A stretch of DNA of 64,000 nucleotides from Candidatus Falkowbacteria bacterium HGW-Falkowbacteria-1 (GTDB taxonomy: Bacteria > Patescibacteriota > Patescibacteriia > Patescibacteriales > UBA12465), in contig PHAI01000001.1 in the NCBI GenBank assembly GCA_002840305.1, forward strand, positions 29,734 through 93,733, read 5' to 3'. Shown one piece after another: positions 55,120-61,430 of this stretch. Both the position numbers and the translations under genes were made by a program. Every line of letters begins with the position of its first letter. Positions within the stretch are counted from its first letter, which is position 1. The notes beneath the pieces are model-generated. The model was not told where the DNA came from. It ran no database searches and saw only the letters and a list, made by a program, of their open reading frames with translations.

Positions 55120-55996
55120 CGTGATCATTCCTTGCTATAATGATCCGAATGGGTTAAAAATTACCCTAGAGTCATTAGAAAATCAATCCTTAAGTAAGGA
55201 TTTATTTGAAGTCATTGTTGGTAATGATGGCGCTAGCGAAGACGTGAGAAATGTTTGTAATAATTTTGGAGTACGATTTGTGAACGTGTTTCCTAGGAGA
55301 GGTATTTCTGTCGCTAGGAATAGAGCTATCGAAAAATCATTTTGTAACTTGTTGGCCTTTACTGACGCTGATATAGTAGTTGATAAAAATTGGCTTGAGA
55401 ATGGTATAAAGTTTTTGTCTATTTATGATTATGTGGGGGGCGTAATTAAAACTGTTCTAAATAAAAATAAAATTAGGAATCACGAATATTATCAGTATTT
55501 AACTTCTTTTAATAATGAATACAATTTCAAAAAAGATAAATATTTTGCTGGTGGTAATATTTTTGCCAAAAAAAAAGTATTTGATAAATTGGCTGGTTTT
55601 GAAGAGAAAATTATTTTTGGCGGAGAGGATAGAGAATTTGGTGTTAGGGTTTTTTTATCAAAAAGATATCGCATGTTTTATTCTGAAGAAATAATAGTTT
55701 ATCATCCCGTTCGTACTTTTAAAGAATTGTTGAGAAAGAGTGATATTTATAGAGAATCATCATTTTTTTTGGGAAAAATTTGTTTTGATAAATTCCCTAG
55801 TTTGAAACCAAATATTTTTAAATTTTTTAAATTGATTATAATACCGCCCATTAAAGTTCTGGGGTCTAAAAGGAAAATTAATAAGTTCGTGAAAATAAAA
55901 GTATTTTTTTGGTCTTTCTATTTAGGATTTTTAGATTCTTTAAATTATATTAAAAACAGGATAAAAGGTAAAAAATATTATGACTTTTTTGAATAA
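55106..55996 (+). CDS. Glycosyltransferase family 2
   Basis: ISVIIPCYNDPNGL, FTDADI. It overlaps the upstream gene by 14 nt. Confidence 0.8.
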   Translation: MKKISVIIPCYNDPNGLKITLESLENQSLSKDLFEVIVGNDGASEDVRNVCNNFGVRFVNVFPRRGISVARNRAIEKSFCNLLAFTDADIVVDKNWLENGIKFLSIYDYVGGVIKTVLNKNKIRNHEYYQYLTSFNNEYNFKKDKYFAGGNIFAKKKVFDKLAGFEEKIIFGGEDREFGVRVFLSKRYRMFYSEEIIVYHPVRTFKELLRKSDIYRESSFFLGKICFDKFPSLKPNIFKFFKLIIIPPIKVLGSKRKINKFVKIKVFFWSFYLGFLDSLNYIKNRIKGKKYYDFFE

Positions 55997-55999
55997 CTT

Positions 56000-57679
56000 T
56001 TACCATTTATATATTTGTATTTGATCAATATCCATTATTTTTAATACATTTTTATCGCAAAATAAATAATTATCAATAGCATTGTTCTCTTCCTGACCGA
56101 TTATTGGGTTCCTGTATGTGTCAAAAATCAACATTCCTCTTTTGTTGTTCCTGTTTTTTTTAATTTTATAACATACTTCGTCTTGATTTTTGTTATAGAT
56201 ATTAATTATATTTTCGTTTTTTATATTAAATTCAATTTTTAGTATTGGAGAAAATTTTGTTGTAATAAATATATAATCTTCTTCCTCATCTTCGATTTTA
56301 TTTTTTAAATAGTGTATTAAATTATCAACTTTATGATTTTTTTGATAAGTTATGAAATAACTTGTTGAATTTTTAGCATGTAAAGAATTTCCTATTTTAA
56401 AGTTTAGTATTAAAAAAGTAATTAAAAGAATAGAAAACAAAAACTTTTCGTATTTATTATTTTTGAATATTTTTGCTGTTTCAATCAAAAAATCTATAGA
56501 ACTTGCTATTATTATGGTAAAAAATGGCAAAGCGTAGTATATGTATCTAGGTTTAATCAAGTTCACCTTTAGTATTGTGCTATAAAGAATTATGGTTATT
56601 ATAAATATAAAAAGGTAAGACAAAAGCGCTTTATTTTTTTTGAAGTATAAGTAAACAAAGGATATTATAGAAAGAAACATCACAATTAATAAAAATTTAT
56701 TATGTCCATACCACATAAGCGGCGGTGAGTTGGGGTTCATGAAAAAATTAAACCAGGATATGTCAAAATTTATAGATTTTATTCCTAGCCAATGTTTTAC
56801 TCCATTTTTATACAAAAAGCCTATAATCAAAAAAATAATAATAGGAGTATAAATTAAATATTTCTTAGCTTTTGTTTTTGTGTATAAGAAATAAGAATTT
56901 ATTAAAAAAAGGCTTAAGAATACTATCAGTATATATTTAATAGTTGATAGCCTGTCCGTAAAAAAGGCATATATAAAAAATATTAGAATAAAAATAGCAT
57001 TTATTATAATATTTTTCTTATTTTTGTTTTTAATAGATTCAAAAAAATTAAAACTAATTAAAGTAAATATTATTATTAAAAAAGAATATAGACTGTACTC
57101 TCTGGCAAGCTTTGCCATGCCGATTGCCCAAGGTGAAATAGCCCATAAAATAGATGAAATAATAGCTGTTTTGTTGGATATTTTTTTTCCTAAGTAAAAA
57201 ATGGCTATAGTTGAAAATGCTCCGGCCAACACGCTTGTAATTCTTGTCCAGTAGAGATATTCAAAATAAGTATTAGCTTTGAAAATTAAACATATAAATT
57301 TGCTTATTGATGTTAAAAGCGGAGCTCTAGTATAATTGGATTTTCCAAAGTTTATTAAATCATAAACAGCATTTAATAAAAATTCTTCATCAGTGGACAA
57401 GTGTATAATTGTAAGGTTATTTATTCTAAAATATAGAGAAATTAGACTTATAATAATTAAAAAAAGAATGATATATATTTTTTTTTCTTTACTTTTTTTA
57501 TTTTCCTCCTTACTTTCTTTATTTTTATAAAGAAAATAAATAGAGATGATTATTAACGTGATTAGTGCTATATCAATTAATATATTTTCTAAATTGATTA
57601 ATTGTTTTAAGATTAGGGTAAAAAAAGAAAATAAAAATAAATATTTAACAATAATATAATGATTTTTATTCATTTTCAT
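56000..57679 (-). CDS. GT-C fold membrane glycosyltransferase (GT39/ArnT/PMT-like)
   Basis: Polytopic, 559 aa. It has a first-loop acidic motif (HLSTDEEFLLNAV) and a C-terminal soluble domain. The gene is extremely AT-rich. Confidence 0.6.
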   Translation of the reverse strand: MKMNKNHYIIVKYLFLFSFFTLILKQLINLENILIDIALITLIIISIYFLYKNKESKEENKKSKEKKIYIILFLIIISLISLYFRINNLTIIHLSTDEEFLLNAVYDLINFGKSNYTRAPLLTSISKFICLIFKANTYFEYLYWTRITSVLAGAFSTIAIFYLGKKISNKTAIISSILWAISPWAIGMAKLAREYSLYSFLIIIFTLISFNFFESIKNKNKKNIIINAIFILIFFIYAFFTDRLSTIKYILIVFLSLFLINSYFLYTKTKAKKYLIYTPIIIFLIIGFLYKNGVKHWLGIKSINFDISWFNFFMNPNSPPLMWYGHNKFLLIVMFLSIISFVYLYFKKNKALLSYLFIFIITIILYSTILKVNLIKPRYIYYALPFFTIIIASSIDFLIETAKIFKNNKYEKFLFSILLITFLILNFKIGNSLHAKNSTSYFITYQKNHKVDNLIHYLKNKIEDEEEDYIFITTKFSPILKIEFNIKNENIINIYNKNQDEVCYKIKKNRNNKRGMLIFDTYRNPIIGQEENNAIDNYLFCDKNVLKIMDIDQIQIYKW

Positions 57680-57690
57680 TTTTTTATTGA

Positions 57691-59205
57691 TTAAAACTCA
57701 AATACCCAGATTTGATTATTAAACTTGTAGTCATCTTTAAAGATTAATTTTTGTTTATTTATAAAGTCTATCATTTCTGGGCTAAGCCTATCATCTATGG
57801 CCATATAATCTATTATGATATAGCCATTGTTTTCCTTTGTTATTTTTTCCAAGGTTTCTACATCAAAAATGTTTGTGGCATTGGTATAATAATCTCTATC
57901 TGTTTTTTGCCATTCTTTTATTTCTCCACCAGCTAAATTCATTGCTAGGCAGTAATCGGTTTTTCCTAGATATATTTTGTCCATCACTGGATATGGCGAT
58001 ATGATTAGGCTTATATCATTAAAACCATCGTTTTTTACAGCCTGATATGCCTGCTTAAAATTGGCCTGTGGCGTTAATGGCTCTAAATAATAATGAGACT
58101 CGGGGACAAAATTAAAAACTCTAATATTCAAGTTCATTACTAATATTACGACCAGGGAGGACAGGACTACAAATACGATTTTTGTTTGTCTGGTTCTTTC
58201 ACTTATAAAATAAATGAAGAAAGAACAAAATACAAACAATATTGGTATTAAGAATGTTATATATCTATAAACTTTACGATCGCTACTTATAGCGATTATT
58301 AGAAAAGGAAGTAAAAATGAGATTGCCAATATTATAGATGAGTTTAATTTATTGCTTTGCTGCTTTTTTTTATAATAAAAACAAGCTAAGATAAATCCCA
58401 AAATTGCCAGAATGTAGATAACGGGGAAAAATGATCTTACGAAGTCCAAAAAGTTTACGAGATAATAATTATGTTTATATAACATTTTATAGAATAGGTC
58501 TCGACTGATTTTAAAAATGATTGGGACAAACAAAACAAGAAAACCAAAGCTCAAAATTTTCCTTTTTTTTATTTCTTGGTATATCTTAAGTCTTAGATTT
58601 TTATCCTCACTCAGCCTCCAAAGAATGGTCGCTCCATATATAGCTATTAGGAGATAGCCAAAATAGTGACTCAATATGGCAAAGAGCGTGCTTAGAGATA
58701 GAAACAATAGTTTTCTGTAGGAAAATTTCTTTAAAAGAGAATCGAACAGATAAATTGAAAGAAAAAAGAAAAATTGAAACTGTGAATACATTCTAGCTTG
58801 TCTGCTCCAGGCTATTTGCCAATATGAAAAGGAGGTCATAAACGATGCCAGAATAGCTACGTAATTATTGAATATTTTTTTGCTTATTAAAAATATTAGA
58901 TAAACCGTAAGAATGCCAAAAACGACAGAAGTTATTCTGGTCGCTGTTTCATTGAACCCAAAAAGCATTACGGGGCCACTTATTAAGTAAGTGTTTAATA
59001 TTGATCTGCTATAAACTTCCCCAGAATCCAAAATGGGGTATCCATTTTTTATAGTTGCTGTAACAGCGTTGAGCGTGTACCCTTCGTCTATCCAATAAGA
59101 TTGTTCGTTTAATTTGTATATTCTCAGGAAAAGTCCGGCTAGTATAATTATTAGCAAAATCAGAAATTCAACTTTCTTTTTTTTAAAACCATTCAGAGTA
59201 TTCAT
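57691..59205 (-). CDS. GT-C fold membrane glycosyltransferase (GT39/ArnT/PMT-like)
   Basis: LRIYKLNEQSYWIDEGYTLNAV...ATRITSVVFGILTVYLIFLISKKIF is the typical family-39 N-terminal pattern. 504 aa. Confidence 0.7.
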   Translation of the reverse strand: MNTLNGFKKKKVEFLILLIIILAGLFLRIYKLNEQSYWIDEGYTLNAVTATIKNGYPILDSGEVYSRSILNTYLISGPVMLFGFNETATRITSVVFGILTVYLIFLISKKIFNNYVAILASFMTSFSYWQIAWSRQARMYSQFQFFFFLSIYLFDSLLKKFSYRKLLFLSLSTLFAILSHYFGYLLIAIYGATILWRLSEDKNLRLKIYQEIKKRKILSFGFLVLFVPIIFKISRDLFYKMLYKHNYYLVNFLDFVRSFFPVIYILAILGFILACFYYKKKQQSNKLNSSIILAISFLLPFLIIAISSDRKVYRYITFLIPILFVFCSFFIYFISERTRQTKIVFVVLSSLVVILVMNLNIRVFNFVPESHYYLEPLTPQANFKQAYQAVKNDGFNDISLIISPYPVMDKIYLGKTDYCLAMNLAGGEIKEWQKTDRDYYTNATNIFDVETLEKITKENNGYIIIDYMAIDDRLSPEMIDFINKQKLIFKDDYKFNNQIWVFEF

Positions 59206-59369
59206 ATAACTATTGTCTTTTAGATTTTTTTATATTATAATTATATTGTAGTTATTTTATAATATAATTATAGCTATTTTTTGCACAATTAACAATAATT
59301 TAATAATTATAATTAAAACACGGAATAACTTATTTATATGATTTATTTTGTGTGGTTTTTAAAAAAATT

Positions 59370-59825
59370 ATGACAAAACAAAAGAAAGGTTTTACCTTGA
59401 TTGAGTTGTTAGTAGTTATTGCCATTATTGGTATTTTAGCTACTCTAGCCGTTGTAGCATTACAACAAGCCAGAAAGAATGCTAGAGATGCAAAAAGAAT
59501 CGCAGATGTTCGTCAAATGCAAACTGCATTGGAATTGTATTTCAATGATAACCAATACTATCCGGACGTGGTTACAGATGGAGGCACAATTGCTTCTAAC
59601 GGCGTAACTTATATGAACATAGTTCCAAGTGCTCCAACTCCAGCTGATGGTACTTGCGCGGCTGCTTCTAATACATATACTTATACAGGCGCTGGAACAG
59701 CTGTTGGTGATTACTGGGGAAGTTACACTATTGATTTTTGCTTAGGTGGTCAAACAGGAGGTTTGGACGCTGGTGAAAAATATGCTACTCCAGGAGGAAT
59801 TATTGATGGTTCTTCAACTTACTAG
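59370..59825 (+). CDS. Type IV pilin-like protein, minimal form (probable major pilin)
   Basis: MTKQKKG followed by [28 protein letters not shown]. Cys pair DGTC...FC; ends TPGGIIDGSSTY. Start set at ATG 59370 (track GTG 59352). Confidence 0.85.
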   Translation: MTKQKKGFTLIELLVVIAIIGILATLAVVALQQARKNARDAKRIADVRQMQTALELYFNDNQYYPDVVTDGGTIASNGVTYMNIVPSAPTPADGTCAAASNTYTYTGAGTAVGDYWGSYTIDFCLGGQTGGLDAGEKYATPGGIIDGSSTY

Positions 59826-59850
59826 TATAAACAAAAACTTAATTTCACCG

Positions 59851-59882
59851 AAAGAGCACATTCAAATGTGCTCTTTCTTTTA
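59851..59882 (+). terminator. Rho-independent terminator of the pilin gene
   Basis: AAAGAGCACAT-tcaa-ATGTGCTCTTT followed by CTTTT. Confidence 0.8.
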
Positions 59883-59994
59883 GATAAGTCTAGATATTTC
59901 TGGACTTATCTTGATTTGGGTCAATCTTATTAGTATTAAAACGATATTTCACTGTAACTTTTTCCCTTTTATTACGTATACTATAGTGCAAGCC

Positions 59995-60030
59995 TTTTTG
60001 TCACCTCGGCCGAATGAGTGGAGAGGTCTA
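59995..60030 (-). repeat. REP-like element, copy D (short form, reverse orientation)
   Basis: TTTTGTCACCTCGGCCGAATGAGTGGAGAGGTCTA is the reverse complement of the copy-A pattern. Confidence 0.8.
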
Positions 60031-60058
60031 TTTTAAAAGTAAATAAAAGGCTAAAATT

Positions 60059-60937
60059 ATGACTGATAAAGAATTATTAAAACAACTTAATTCCCTAAAG
60101 AGCATAAGGATGGAAGAGAATTTGAAAGAGTCAAACAAAAGAGTTTTGTTGACTCAGATTTCTAATACCGTTTCAGAAAATTCAGAAGCAAAGCCTTTCA
60201 ATAATTTCTTCTTTTTTGTTAAAAATATTTTAGCTATGAGTTCTCGACCGGCAATGGTTTTGTCCGGTGTTTTTTTATTTCTTTTTGCTTCCTTAATATT
60301 GGGAAGCGATTTTTATAAAAACTCCAAGCCAACCGATTCTTTGTATATTGCTAGAGTGCTTAGCGAGAGAGCTAGATTAAATACAACTTTCGATCAGACA
60401 GCAAAAGAAAAATTAGCAGTTAAATTTGCCAGTCAACACGCAAAGGACATAGCGACACTTTTGATGGACCCAGAGTTTAACAAAGAAGAAAACAGAGAAG
60501 AGGTGGAAAAATTGTCGGTTAGTTTTAAAAGCGAAATAGAAAAGGTGCGAGGCAATATTAACGCTAACGAAGCAACAAGCGAGATAAAAGAAGATGTGGA
60601 CTCTGCGGTTTTTAGCGCCAGCAGCTTGAGAGAAGAAAATGGAACAGATGTTTATATAGAAGAAGAAAATTTCAAGGAGAATAGCGACATGACTCTAGAC
60701 ACTTTAAAGGATGAGGAAAAAATAACAGTCTCTAATGAAGATATCGTCTTGGAAGGATCATCAGAATTGTCCAGTACTAGTGAAGAAGTAAAAGAGTTGG
60801 GAGAAAAAATAGAAGAGTTAAATGGAAAAATTAGTGACGACAGTGTTATAAGCAAGGAATTGTTAGAAGAGATAGAAAGTTTGTTTGAGAATGGTAAGTA
60901 TGACGAAGTTTTATTAAAATTAAATAACATAAAATAG
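60059..60937 (+). CDS. Membrane-anchored hypothetical protein with an acidic C-terminal region
   Basis: N-terminus MTDKELLKQLNSLKSIRMEENL, one TM segment (PAMVLSGVFLFLFASLILG), helical E/K-rich remainder. It may be anti-sigma/DUF5667-like, from memory only. Confidence 0.55.
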   Translation: MTDKELLKQLNSLKSIRMEENLKESNKRVLLTQISNTVSENSEAKPFNNFFFFVKNILAMSSRPAMVLSGVFLFLFASLILGSDFYKNSKPTDSLYIARVLSERARLNTTFDQTAKEKLAVKFASQHAKDIATLLMDPEFNKEENREEVEKLSVSFKSEIEKVRGNINANEATSEIKEDVDSAVFSASSLREENGTDVYIEEENFKENSDMTLDTLKDEEKITVSNEDIVLEGSSELSSTSEEVKELGEKIEELNGKISDDSVISKELLEEIESLFENGKYDEVLLKLNNIK

Positions 60938-60941
60938 GAAT

Positions 60942-61032
60942 AGATCTCTCCGCTCGTCATCCGTAGGATGACTCAGTCGAGATGACAAAGAGGCTAATAG
61001 GAATAGATCTCTCCGCTCGTCATCCGTAGGAT
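60942..61032 (+). repeat. REP-like elements E1 (complete) and E2 (truncated)
   Basis: E1 is AGATCTCTCCgctcGTCATCC-gta-GGATGACtcaGTCGAGATGACAAAG. A 37-nt perfect direct repeat occurs at 60933-60969 and 60996-61032. Confidence 0.85.
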
Positions 61033-61187
61033 CTGTTATTTATAGCAGGGGTTCGGCGTGACCAACAAGGTCGATCCCGAGAGGGAGGACGCGACGTTTA
61101 AATCAAACTTGTTTCTTTAAAAAGAATATTCATTTGAGAAAAAGAAGAAAAGCTTTAAAATTTTTCACATATAGATCGGTTAAGCTT

Positions 61188-61281
61188 TTCTCCGCACGCT
61201 TATTTTTATAAGCTTGCTGGAGTCGTGAAAAATTATCCCATGCTAATTTTTCCTCGCTTATAACAATAAGTGTGCGGGGGA
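61188..61281 (+). other. Long imperfect inverted repeat (about 26 bp of helix) in the region upstream of the surface-protein gene
   Basis: 61188-61203 pairs with 61266-61281 (16 bp including G-U pairs). 61206-61213 pairs with 61256-61263 (8 bp perfect). The two helices are separated by a 2x2 internal loop. Confidence 0.6.
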
Positions 61282-61430
61282 GCGGGATCCTGATCGATTT
61301 ATTTCAGGACTAATTTAAGGGCAAATCTTTTAAATCTCAAAAGATATTCTCGGAGAGAAACAATAAGTTTCGACTACCTTTATAATTTATATCTATATAT
61401 GAATTTAGGGGTGGTATCTTACAAATTATT

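Noticed and set aside
61040-61095. A GC-rich patch with a CCC-GAGA-GGG tetraloop, considered as SRP (4.5S) RNA helix 8.
   Set aside because: The 3' strand reads GGGAGGACGCG rather than the conserved GGAAGCAGC-type motif. The flanks cannot form the long closing helix. Only a covariance-model scan could revive this idea.
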